Of a DNA stretch of 64,000 bases, positions 13,701-26,000 are shown in pieces. Source of the DNA: Octopus vulgaris (taxonomy: Eukaryota); NCBI GenBank assembly GCA_951406725.2, contig OX597828.1:66588001-66652000 (forward strand), written 5' to 3'. Under the pieces are notes generated by a model. The model worked only from the letters and a program-made list of their open reading frames with translations. It searched no databases and was not told the DNA's origin. The translations under genes were made by a program, and so were the position numbers. Each line of letters begins with the position of its first letter. Positions within the stretch are counted from its first letter, which is position 1.

Positions 13701-14566
13701 ATACACATCACATGACCAAACCAGCACACACTTCTCTGTTGCAAACATCTGATTCCTCTTATAACCTAATGTTACTCAACACATTTGCACTTTGTCATAC
13801 ACACAACATGCATACTGATGTTGTGCATTCAATGCAGAATACATGTCCTCTGCATTTGAGGCCCATGTCTCACCACCATGTAGCATTGCTGTTCATACAC
13901 AAGCATCATTCAATTGACCTTTCACCCTGAGTGAGAAGCCTTTTGTCACCAAGAAAAGTAATAACTGCTTGAACTTCCTCCATTCGCTTCTTATTCTAGC
14001 AACTATACTTTCAGAACTTCCTTCCCAACGAAGTAGGAATTCCAGATTAACATAACTCACCAATTTTAGATGCTTGAAATGGGAGATTCTTGGTTACTCG
14101 AGGATCCAGAAGCAGATATGTGAAAAAATGCTTCAAATTTCCACCTTTGCGTTTCTGACTATATTTGGAACCTTCAAACTTCTCCACCATCTTCTGCTCC
14201 ATCTCAATAGTTTCTGTCCAGTTGGGTAGCTCCCTCATAGCTTGACGCAGAGTGACAGGATAATCTGGTAATAACAGATCAAAGATGAGCATTATAGGTA
14301 ATAATAAAAAATTATATATACACAACTATTTTATGATATGCCTAGGTTTACTATTACAAAATCACCATTGAATGTATTACTACAACTCAAAGTACAAGAC
14401 TTGCTATTTTAGGAAACACTACAAGCTTTTAACAAATTTATAAAATTATATGCATGTTCATAGGCACAGGCTGTATGGTTAAGAAGTCCATTTTGCAATC
14501 AGGTTTTCTGGCTCATTCCCATTGCATAGAATACTGGGGAAGCATCTTATACTGTTGTATATGTGA

Positions 14567-14597
<31 letters not shown>

Positions 14598-17500
14598 TAA
14601 ATTAGAAAAAAAAAAACCTTTTATCAATTCAATAATGAAAAATTAAATTATACCATTTAGAAAAAATATATATTATAGAAAGATTAAATATAAGATAAAA
14701 CATAATATATATATTTTCAAGAACTTTTAGGCTTTCCGAAAACAGCAAGTCAGGGACCTGTAATATGTCGTAGGGACTACCTTCTCTCCAGAGTATAAAA
14801 ACAAAAATACTATAAGCAAAAAGCATTATTTAATGTAGAAAAGAAATTAATTAATTAAAGTTTTGGGTTGATTTTTCTTGGAGAAGGAGAGAGAGCTAAT
14901 TTCAAACATCTTAAAGAGCAGCATTTTTATAATTTTATCAAAGTACTGAGACATGTTAAACAGATATGAGAATTAAACTTGTATTAATATGTTATTTAAG
15001 TAGTAGTAGTAGTAGTAGTATAATCACATGAGTACTTTCAGCATTTAATTCCTTTTGCTTGAGAAACAAATATGAATAAACTAATTACACAAGAATTACA
15101 CCAAATTTTTCTCGCATAATCTCTTAATACAACAGAGCAAATTGATACAGTGATATTTTGCTAGAATAATAAGCTTAGTAAAATTTTGAAGTGTCTGTGG
15201 TTGAATGTTTAGTTATTAGCTATTCTCTAAATGTTAAAACACTATGGAGGGGAGGGGCACACATATAAACCTCTTAAGTCCTATGGGAAGAGTTTGATAC
15301 GTAAAAAGTAACAAATTAAGCTAAAAATTATCCGCACCAAAATAGATGATTTAATCCATGATTCATTTAGCAAAGTAACTAATTTAATAAGATAATATGG
15401 AGTAGCAGAGTAGAAACTGAATGTGATGTAATATCACTTGCCTAAACATTGGGATGATCTTATTTTGCCTTACAAAATCATTATTGAAAGACAAGGATTT
15501 TACGATGAAGCAGAAGAAAACTGTTTCATCTTCATAATATGTGAACAGCCAGAAGAAGAAGGGGGCAAAGAAGAAGACAAAATGGACAAGTTAGATGGTT
15601 GAATGTCTCTGGAGACACCTTACCTGGGGAGGGTAAAACTTTAGGAGATAGAGTTCCGTTTGCAATAGCCTTCAGGCGATTGATGTACATTCCCCGAGTA
15701 GTTGAAGTGATTGGACCTGGATGTGGCAAATCAAAATCTACAAATATTTTCTTCAGACCATCATCTGTAAAAGAACCATGGCTCTTGAGGACACTTTGTA
15801 GCTGTAAAAGTTTTGAATCGATGAGGGTTTTATCCTTTTTGGCTTTGCTATACGACTTCCAGAATAACTCATCACTGCTTTCACTAGAAGTTTCCTCAGG
15901 TGATAAATACTTCTTAGCGTCCACAGAGTCGTCTGAATGGCTGCTTTCAGGTTCAACAGAAATGCGACGCTCAATAAAATTGATGTGTCTTTCAGGGTCT
16001 ATGTGTATGAATTTGATATCTTTGTCATGTTTATCTGGCAATTTGATACAGCTCCGATATGTTTCTCCATAATGTACAGTAGCAACGATCTTATTTGCCT
16101 GTGAAAGAGTTGGCATGAAGTCAACCTCGTCAAAACCAACAGGTGCTTGCTCATTTTCTTCTTGATATGGAGTCAAGAATCTTTCTATAGAACCTGAAGT
16201 TGCTCCAGAAGAACTACAAATGTCCAAGGCATCAGAAAGATTTGGATGTTTAAGGTGATCTATAATGGAACCAGGGTATTTCTCAGAGTAATCAGACAGG
16301 TGCTCTGAAAAATTTACAGAGAGAGAGAGTTCATCAGATTTAGTAACTTGTACTGTTGGGAGAGTGGGTTCATAATAAATTGGTGGATCAGTTTGTGTTC
16401 CTGAAGTACCAGTCTTTGCAACTGATCGGCCAGGATTTGAAGAAAAAAACTTAGGACTTCGATCAACACTGATAAATGTGCTTTTTGCAGATTTTCTCTG
16501 AGATTTTCCACTGGGAAGCAATTTTTTTAAATTAACGATTGTCTTTCGTAATTTTTCAAAACGCTTTGGTGATTTAGAATCATTGGTATAACTAGTAATA
16601 GTTATATTAGAAGAATTAGAAGATTTCTTAAGGTGGTTTGGGGGTTTAGGCAAGTGTGAATTGGCTTTTTTAGTTGGAGGGCTGGGCGGGATCCTTAGAA
16701 TAGGTGTCTGAGTAGAAATATTTTTATTAGCTTTAGAATTCACTAGTTCCTGCTTAATATTTGGCAATTCCTGTTCTAATCCTTTTGAACTAACTGAAGG
16801 AAGGACATTAATGGCACACATTGCTGTCTTATTTCTTACAAAACCAATTTGGTCATCATCATTAACATTATTAATAAAGTTTGCTGATGACCCAACATTA
16901 ACTTTTTGCTTTTCATCAGAAGACACATGAACAGAAGCATCATTGGCCAATCTATTTTTAATCATTGGTTCCTTACCTTCTCGCGTGGGACTTGAAGCAG
17001 GATTAGGAAGAGGATCATGAAGGGATGGATACAAAGTAGGACGTTGAGGGCTTCGAGATGATGGAGTCAAAGGATCACTTTTATCACCAGTAGTTCCAGC
17101 AACAGCAACAGTAGAAATATCTGTAATGGCATTAAAGTCACTATGGGCTGTTGTAAACTCACTAAACACCTCTGACTTAGGTGGTGCTGACGGCTGTGGC
17201 CTATTTGCATTAGCAGCAATTTTTTTCATGTTGATTACATTATCAGAAGAACTGCTCTGAGAGGTAACTGGATTTATGCTACTTATGTTTTGGTCAAAAT
17301 ATTCCTCAATCTTGTAGAGTCCGTTAACCCACATAGTTGTTCTCTTTTCGGGAGATAGAAACTCTTTAGATGCAAGACATTTTTTAAGACCATCAGAAGA
17401 GGTAGACCCAGAAGTAACATCTTCTGAAGCAGAGGTGGATGTAAAAGGAGGAATTTGGGGTGGATGACCATCTTTTCCAGGACTCCATGAAAGACTATCA

Positions 17501-20500
17501 TCAGTACTTGGAACAACAACTGCATCAGGCTCGTCGTATGTAGAGATTGGATTCTGCCAGGTAACAGAGCGATTATGAAAGCCACTGCTGGCAGAGACAT
17601 ATTGCCATTGAGAGTTTACAGCAGATTTATCAAGGGCGCTAGATTGTTCCAGATTTTGATCTTTTAAACTATTAGAAGAATCTTGTTGCACAGTTGAAAA
17701 ATATTGGCCTTCTATTGACACCATTCCATCTTGAAAAGATTCATAATGTGACTGATCCCCACAATTATCTGTTGGGGATGTGAATCGGGTTTTTAATGTA
17801 ACTGGTTCATTTTGAGGAATTCTCTTTCTTCTTTGTTGTATATGGTTTATTTTTGAAATACCAAGACCATCTTCCTGAGCTGAGAGGAAATGTGACTGAG
17901 AATTGGCTGACTTATTTTGATTTTGAGCTAATATGGAATGATGTTTGGATGATGAGGCTTCTGGTTCCTCCCTTACAGACAAATAATGAGACTGAGAAGT
18001 AAATGGTTGGTTTTCCCCATGAACTGATAAATAGCAAGAATTAGGAATTTCATCTTCTTGAAAAGATAAGTATTGAGAATCAGCAGGTTTAGCTTCACCT
18101 TGGACAGACACATAACGAGAATCAACTTGTTGTAATTGTTGTTCTTCTTCTTCTTGAACTGATACATATCGAGAGTGATCAAGTCCATCTTCTTCTTGGA
18201 CTGATGTATAGTAAGAGTGAAGATCAACAAGTCTTCCTTGCTTGCGACTTGGTTTACAATGGAGTTTTTTTTTCTCTTCAAATGACACAAAGTGTGACCG
18301 AGAAGCAGTTCTCTCAATCCTAAGTGGCACATCATTAGACTTAGAAACAATAGGTTCACTGACCATGTTACTACAATTAGCATTACCTGAAGTTTCACAT
18401 GAATGGAAATGATATGAGTTTTCAACACAACTTGATGAAAGTTCACCATCATCTGACCGATTAAATTTTTTGACAAGAGGGTGATTTTTCAATTCTATAC
18501 CAACATTTCTTTTAAGATTTTCTTGATGAGTGTTTGAGATAATGGTACTTCCAACTGCTTTGCTAGCAGGACTGCTGACTTTAGATTTCAGAACATAGTC
18601 CGGTGGTTGCCACCGATAAAAAGATGCGGTTGGTTGTGCAGCTTTCCGTTGGAATTTACCCTGCAGTTCAGACATTACTTGTGAAAATTGTGATGAATGA
18701 GAACCTCTTATCTTTTCAGGCTCATTAGAATCTCTATCTCTATCTGCTGAATATTTCTTCTGCTGTGATTCAGGAAGTAGTTTTGGAGGTTTTGGCACTA
18801 AACGTTTACAGTCAGGTTCATCAAATGATTGAAACTGAGCAGCACTGGAATTATTAGGAAAGCAAACAAGGTAGAGAGAATCTTCATCACTTTCCCGAGG
18901 CAACAGAGCACTGTTATATTTACTCTCTTTTGGGTCGTAACATTTCAATTCAGGTGACACTGACTGACGATGAACTACCTGTTGTGAGTTTACTGGTTGG
19001 CATTGTTCACTTGTACTTATGTAGCAAGAATTTTCAGGTGTATTTACATCCTTAAATTGGCTTGTATAGAGAGAGATTGATTCTTGACCATTCTGTTGTG
19101 GCTCAGTAATTATCTGATCTTCAATTCGTGACAGCATACTCATATATGCTTCTGCGTCGATAGAAGAATCGTTTCCTTCTTTCAGATTCAGTTCTAACAT
19201 GGCTTTTGATAATTCCTCAGTATTGAATCGAAAATCTTGAAAACTGCTGAATTCTTGACTATTAGATTGTTCAAATTGATTTTTCAGATAGCTACTGAAA
19301 GAATGAAGAGCACTTTCAAATTTACTTTCAAGAGCACTTTCATTGGTTCCATCATCACAAGAAAAGAACTCTTCACTATTTTCACTGCCTGTTGTTCTAC
19401 ATGTAACATAGGTATCAGTAGTAGCACAGCTTACATTTGACTCAGTCCGTTTAACATCCATATTTTGCACTGCACTTTCAGTCTCATATAACTTACAACG
19501 AGCAATTTGGGGATTAAGGGGCGTGTTCATCACCATGGGCACTGTTGTTTTAGCTGCAATATCTCTGTGACATGGCTTTTGTGTGACACGCCCCCCAAAC
19601 CGAAAATTTTTGTTCCCAGCTGAAATTTTATTTCGAGATGGTTCTTCCTCTTGTAGAACTTCTGCATGGGTAAGAACCTGTGAATCTGGTTTTCTGAACT
19701 CTTGACTTCTTTTAGATAGAACAGCTTGTGGTTTAGAGCGTGGTGGTCGAAATACTTGTTTTACAATAGTCTCTTCTACTGCACCATCAAAATGATCTCT
19801 TCCAGAAACTGTTCTCAAATGCACATTTTGTTGTTGTTGTTGCAACCTTGGTGGTATTTGAACACACCGCACACTAGTTCGATTTTCACAAGATTCATCA
19901 TCATTATCTGTTAGTGCGGTCAGTTTGGGATATAAATGGCCAGAAGGATGACCATTTTCTCTCGTTCTGCTTGGCTCTTGCTGCTGTTTTTCTTTATTAC
20001 TGGAGGTTTTTTCAGCATTACTTCTCGGTATTTTTTGATACAGAGAACTAGTTGTATTCGCTACTATTCTATCACACCTCTCGTCAATATACTGTCCTCT
20101 TCCCCAGCCATTCTGATTGGTTCGTTGGGGCAAATATCCAGTGTGACCAGCAGCAGGATTATAAAACCTGGGATTATTTCTGTTGTGGTTGTTTTCTGTT
20201 ACATTAGGATATGGTCCTCTATAAGATGGTTCATTACATACTAATTTACCTTTATCATTGTTCTCAGGGTTTAAATACTCAAACCTTTCATATTTTGCAG
20301 GAAACTCTGAGCCATGAGGTGGATTCACGACATAGATTTTCTTGTGGGATTTCTTTTTTGGTTTCAGTTTAATATCAATAACTGAATCATCTTTTGATCT
20401 GTTACTGCTTTTCTCTGTTGATTCACTGGAATCCAGGTGAATTTCATATGTTTGGTGACCACGATGTTTTGATTTCTTGATGTTCCTTTCATTCACGTAA

Positions 20501-23028
20501 ATCTTTCCTGAAGGAATATCCATGCTTAGTTTTATATCAACATTATTTGGACTTGATTTTTTATGGACTGAATGTGCAGGCTGTGTTCTGCCTTCTCTAT
20601 GTCGACCATTCCATAAACGGCTGTGAGTTGGAGGATAACTTTCTCGAACAATGGGTACACTAATGGGCTTGCTTTCATTTATAAGACTTTCATGAAGAAT
20701 CTGTTCCAGGGAAGCTGATAACTGATTGTTTTCCAGTTTGTTCAGGCAATTACGAAGCTGTTCAATTTTCTGAGCGATCGGAATTTTCAAGGATTGCAAT
20801 TTTTCCATTTTTCTTTGTAAGTCGATGGACAAATCCGAGTCAATACGTGGAAATACTGGTTTCTGTGGTGTTTCATTAACAGTAATATATAAATCAGAAT
20901 CTGTTGTAGTATTAGTTGAGCTAATGAGTTCTTCCTCACTGCTAGAAATCTGATCCAAAGAGCTAACATTTGGAGAATCATCATCGGAATGATAACGCCG
21001 ACTTGGTCGATGACGATGTCTCCGTGGGCTTGAGGCTGTAGGCGTCAGAAACATTTCAGAACTAACTTCTGATTCCTTCTTACTTTTAACCTCAGTATCC
21101 TTAAATTTCTCTGGCAGATTTGCAATGTTGCCAGTGCGCCTACGAAGGGCAGGGATCGGTCGGTCAGAGGATTGATGTCCAGTGTTTTTGCTGCTGTATT
21201 TCTCCTCATAAGATTCTGTTGAAACAGATTTCCTCATCTCAAACTGTTTGTCTTTACTATGATGAACCAGGCCATTCTGAGTTCTTTTCAGGATGGAAAA
21301 TGAAGGTTTAGACTTTGACTTTTCCAGAGATTCATATTCTTCAGGATCGCTATCAGCAGTTACATATTGGCTGGCATTGAAGCTCTCGGATGGCATTCGG
21401 TGCACATATCTTGAGGATGTGGGTTTTGTCTTCTCATCTAAAAAACAAAATAATAAATTGTTTATTACAAAGAAATATAATTGATGATTGTACATATTAT
21501 CAATAAGTTATTCATTTGGATGATCAGTATTTAGTAGGGATAATTGAAATGAAAGTAAATGTATTTGTGAAAATTATGAAGAAATTTGGCTCAATGACAT
21601 AATTGATTAAAATATATAAAAGTCAAAGGAACAGCAGAGGATTGTCAAGTGTCATTGCTAAGTACACAGATGAATTTAATGACGAGTTGCTGCATGAAAC
21701 AGATTCTTAATCACTACCATTGTCACTTGCTAATTATGATCCATAACCAGTGACACAATTTCCACAATTACAAAGACCAATTAAGTTTTAATATAAATAT
21801 CATCATCATTTAGCGTCCGTTCTCCATGCTAGCATGGGTTGGACAGTTCAACTGGGGTCTGTGAAGCTGGAAGGCTTCATCAGGCCCAGTCAGATCTGGC
21901 AGTGTTTCTACGGCTGGATGCCCTTCCTAACGCCAATATATGTAGAAATAAACAAAAAATCAAATGGAAATTGTAGCTGTGATACCCGTGCTGGTGGCAT
22001 GTAAAAAAACACCACCCGAAAATATTTTGACAAATTAAATTTAAATGTTGAAGTGAATCTAACGGTTTTTGTGTGTTTCTTAAAATGGTTGTAAGCAGGG
22101 AGACAACTCTTCCTCTCATGTGTTGTTGACTGATCAGTCGTAGTTTCGGTAACGTGTGTGTGTGAATGCAAAGACATACATTGTGGACTCTCTAATCGTA
22201 GGCGATAGATGAGGGTTCTCCAGATAATTAGGTTTTTCTTTTAGCTTACTCTTTCCATCAAATCAACATTGCTTGTACAGTTGCATTTTGTAAAGTGAAG
22301 TGTTTTGCTCAAGAACTCAATGCATCACCCAATCCAGGAATCGAGATTAAGATCTAACATTCATGAACGCAACACTCTAACCACCAGGCCATGTGCCCTC
22401 ACTTTGTATGTAGACATACACATATGGTAATATAACATATATTAATCATCATCATCATCATCAAATGTCCGCTTTCCATGCTAGCATGGGTTGGACGGTT
22501 CGACCAAGGTCTGGGAAGCCAGGAGGCTGAACCAAGCTCCAATCTGATCTGGCAGTGTTTCTACAGCTGGATGCCCTTCCTAACGCCAACCACACCGTGA
22601 GTGTAGTGGGTGCTTTTACGTGCCACTGGCACAAGGGCCAGTCAGGTGGTACTGGCAACGGCCACGCCCAAATAGTGCTTTCTATGTACCACCTGCACAG
22701 GAGCCAGTCCAGTGGCACTGGCGCGAGTGACTAAAACTCCTTGAAGGTGATGTTGCAGTATGGATGCAGTCGAATGACTGAAACCACTGAAAGAATAACA
22801 GGAAAATGTGCCTCATCTGAAGCTACACAGCAATTCAACTTGCAAATCCTAAACCAGTCCAGAGGCCAGATTCTAGTCAAACAATAGCCGAATCACAGAT
22901 ATCCAATCAATTTTATCTCTTGAGCATTTAGATTACTCTGTCAAATGCCAATCTATTCACAATGTTTTGAATTAATTATGCATTATCTCATAGTTTCAAG
23001 ATTTGATGACGACAATGACGACGCCACC

Positions 23029-23060
<32 letters not shown>

Positions 23061-26000
23061 TGTTTAATGTCCATTTTCCATGTTGGCATGAGATGGACAG
23101 TTTGCCTTGGAGCCGTCTAGACTCCAGCTGTCTGTTGTGGCATGGTTTCTATGGCTGGATGCCCTTCCTAATACCAACCACTTAACAGAGTGTGCTGGGT
23201 GATTTTTATGTGCCACCAATACGGGTGTGTTTACACAGCACTGGCACCGGTGCTTTTTATGTGGCACCAGCACCTGGAAGGCCAAGCCTGTATGTGTGGA
23301 AGGCAGCAATTTTACTGAGCTTGATACGTCTTATCAAGTACAGCAAATTGCCACATCTTCTGGTTATTTCCTTAGTGAGGCCCAGTGTCCAAAATGACAT
23401 TGTAGGATGTGTTAGAAGCTGGATCTAGCCAGTTCAAGCATAAAGCAGGTAGAATCTTTGGGTTGGATATGGCCAGCTTAAACGCTAAAGAGTTAAGACA
23501 TTTACTTACTTAGTGAACAGCTTCGTTTTAATTGTCTCAGGTGGGCATCTAATTTGGATTTCAACTTCTGGGAATGTCTTTGCAAGATTCTGATACAGTC
23601 TTCATGTGCATAATTCTGAGCCATATCCAAAGCTGTGTTTCCATCCTGGAATATGAATACGAAAATAAGACATAAAATTCTTGATATTGAAACTTTTTCA
23701 ATTAAACATCAAACACAATGAAAGCATTTGCTCCATAATTTACTTTTGTCCTTTCTTCTAAATGTTAATACTGGCAATTATTATAAATCAAATAAAAAAT
23801 AAACCATTTTATATAACATTCAACAGAAATTAATAAGTAATCTGTAGGTGCAGGCATGGCTGTACGGTAAGAAGCTTGGTCCCCAATGGCATGGCCTCAG
23901 GTTCAGTTTCATTACATGGCACCTTGGGCAAGTGTCTATAGCCCCAGGCTGACCAAAGCCTTGCAAGTGGATTTAGTAGATGGAAACTGAAAGAAGCCCA
24001 TTGCATATGTAGGCATATATATTATGCGTGTATGTACGTGCATTAGTGTTCTTTGCATTGACAAAACATGTGAAGGTTGTAAATGCATGCCACCCTCATG
24101 CAAGTGGTGCCCTCTGTTCTCAATCCTCCATGGAAACTGCATTGATATGGTCATGTGATGTGTTTGGACGAGGACAGCTGTATAAAGTAATGCTGATCCC
24201 TAACTGAGGAGGGAACCTGTGGTAGAGGTAGACCCAGGAAGATGTGGGGTGAGGTGATGAAGCGTGATCTTTGAACATTGAGCTTCACAGAGGCAATGAC
24301 TAGTGACTGAGGCCTTTGGCAATATGCTGTCTTTACTCTCTGAGTTCAAATTTTGCTGAGGTCGACTTTGCCTTTCAATAAAACAAGTATCGGTTGATCT
24401 CTGGGGTTGATGTAATACATTTAACCCCTACCCTGAAATTGTGGATCTTGCACCAAAATTTGAAACCAATAATGATGTGATTACTTAGAGAGGAAGAAAC
24501 ACAAGCCAGACTGAATTTATGAGACAAGGCACAAAAAACAAAATAAAAACAATGGAAAACAAAAACACATGGTGGAAAATATATACCAATGAGGTCCATA
24601 AATTTACGATTGCAAATATGTTCTCTGAGTGACCTATGGTCAAAAGCATTCTAGCCAGAACAATGAACATCCCATTTTCTTGTATATCTAGAACTACACT
24701 GACCAACAAATCCCTTTTTGAAAATAGGAAGATGGGACTTGAAGAAATTTGGTTGCTGTTTCTAGCCAAATGTGCAGCTGGGTAGAGGCACTTTGGTTGG
24801 TTTGTGTTATGATTAATAATGATGCTGATAGTGATCATGATGAATGAATAACTGCTGCTGCTACTACTACTACTACCACCAAACACACACACTCTTGTAA
24901 TTACTTTCTTTTTCTCTTTCATCGCCCTTTTCAAGCCTAGCCAGGCTCATGGGCCCGGTTTCTCGGTTTCTGTGGCATATGTGTTCCCCACCAGCTGGAT
25001 GGGACACCAGTATATCGCAGCGTTACTCAAGAAACAGGAAGAGAGAGTGAGAGAAAGTTGTGACGAAAGAGTACAACAGGGGTCGCCACCACCCCCTGCC
25101 AGAGCCTCGTGGAGCTTTTAGGTGTTTTCGCTCAATAAACACACACAACGCCTGGTCTGGGAATCGAAACCACGATCCTCCGACCGCAAGTCCGCTGCCC
25201 TAACCACTGGGCCATTGCGCCTCCTGTAATTACTTTACTACTTGTAATTGTTTGAATAACCGTATTTGATTTATAGAATTTGTAACCATGAATGAATTAC
25301 TTGCAAATATATGATTAAAGAGCCTTGTTTCTGTGTAAACTCCGAAAAAAAGGATACATAAACACAGATATAAAGTGAGTGAGCACTATTTGAAGCTCCA
25401 GGTCTCATACAACTGGTTACCCAGTTTCCATGGTGTTTAAGTGGCCAAGATCACAAACATTCCCCCTGAATATATTTCTTTATTGCCCACAAGGGGCTAA
25501 ACATAGAGGGGACAAACAAGAACAGACAAAGGAATTAAGTCGATTAGATCGACCCCAGTGCGTAACTGGTACTTTATTTATCAACCCCGAAAGGATGAAA
25601 GGCAAAGTCGACCTTGGTAGAATTTGAACTCGGAACGTAACAGCAGACGAAATGCTGCTAAGCATTTCGTCCGGCTCGCTAACGTTTCTGCCAGCTCACT
25701 CCCTGAATAGAATACCAATTCATTGCAGGGCTACTCGTTTACAACTGAGCGAACTGGAGCAATGTGAATTGAAGTGTTTTGCTCAAAAACACAATGCACT
25801 GCCCAGTCTGGGAATTGAAACCATGATTTTGCAATCATGAATGCAACACCCTAACCACAAGGCCATGCTTCTTCACTTAAACACAGAGGCCATAAAGACT
25901 TTATCCTCACTTAACCCTTTAGCATTTAAACCGGCCATATCCGGCCAAAAGTATTCTCCCCTGTTTTATGTTCAAATTGGCCAGATCTGGCCTCTCACAC

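Noticed and set aside
2183-14264. Link between the Penelope-like GIY-YIG relic and the ANKLE1 GIY-YIG domain
   Set aside because: Different GIY-YIG families; ANKLE1 is an ancient intron-containing gene, so the proximity is coincidental.
15532-21495. 1987-aa ORF as a stand-alone single-exon gene
   Set aside because: Its first ~19 and last ~30 codons are intronic (polypyrimidine tract and post-donor read-through). Splice sites and phases tie it to the ankyrin and GIY-YIG exons.
25150-25224. tRNA-like sequences (also at 41238-41310 and other SINE heads)
   Set aside because: They continue into SINE bodies and lack an intact cloverleaf; not tRNA genes.
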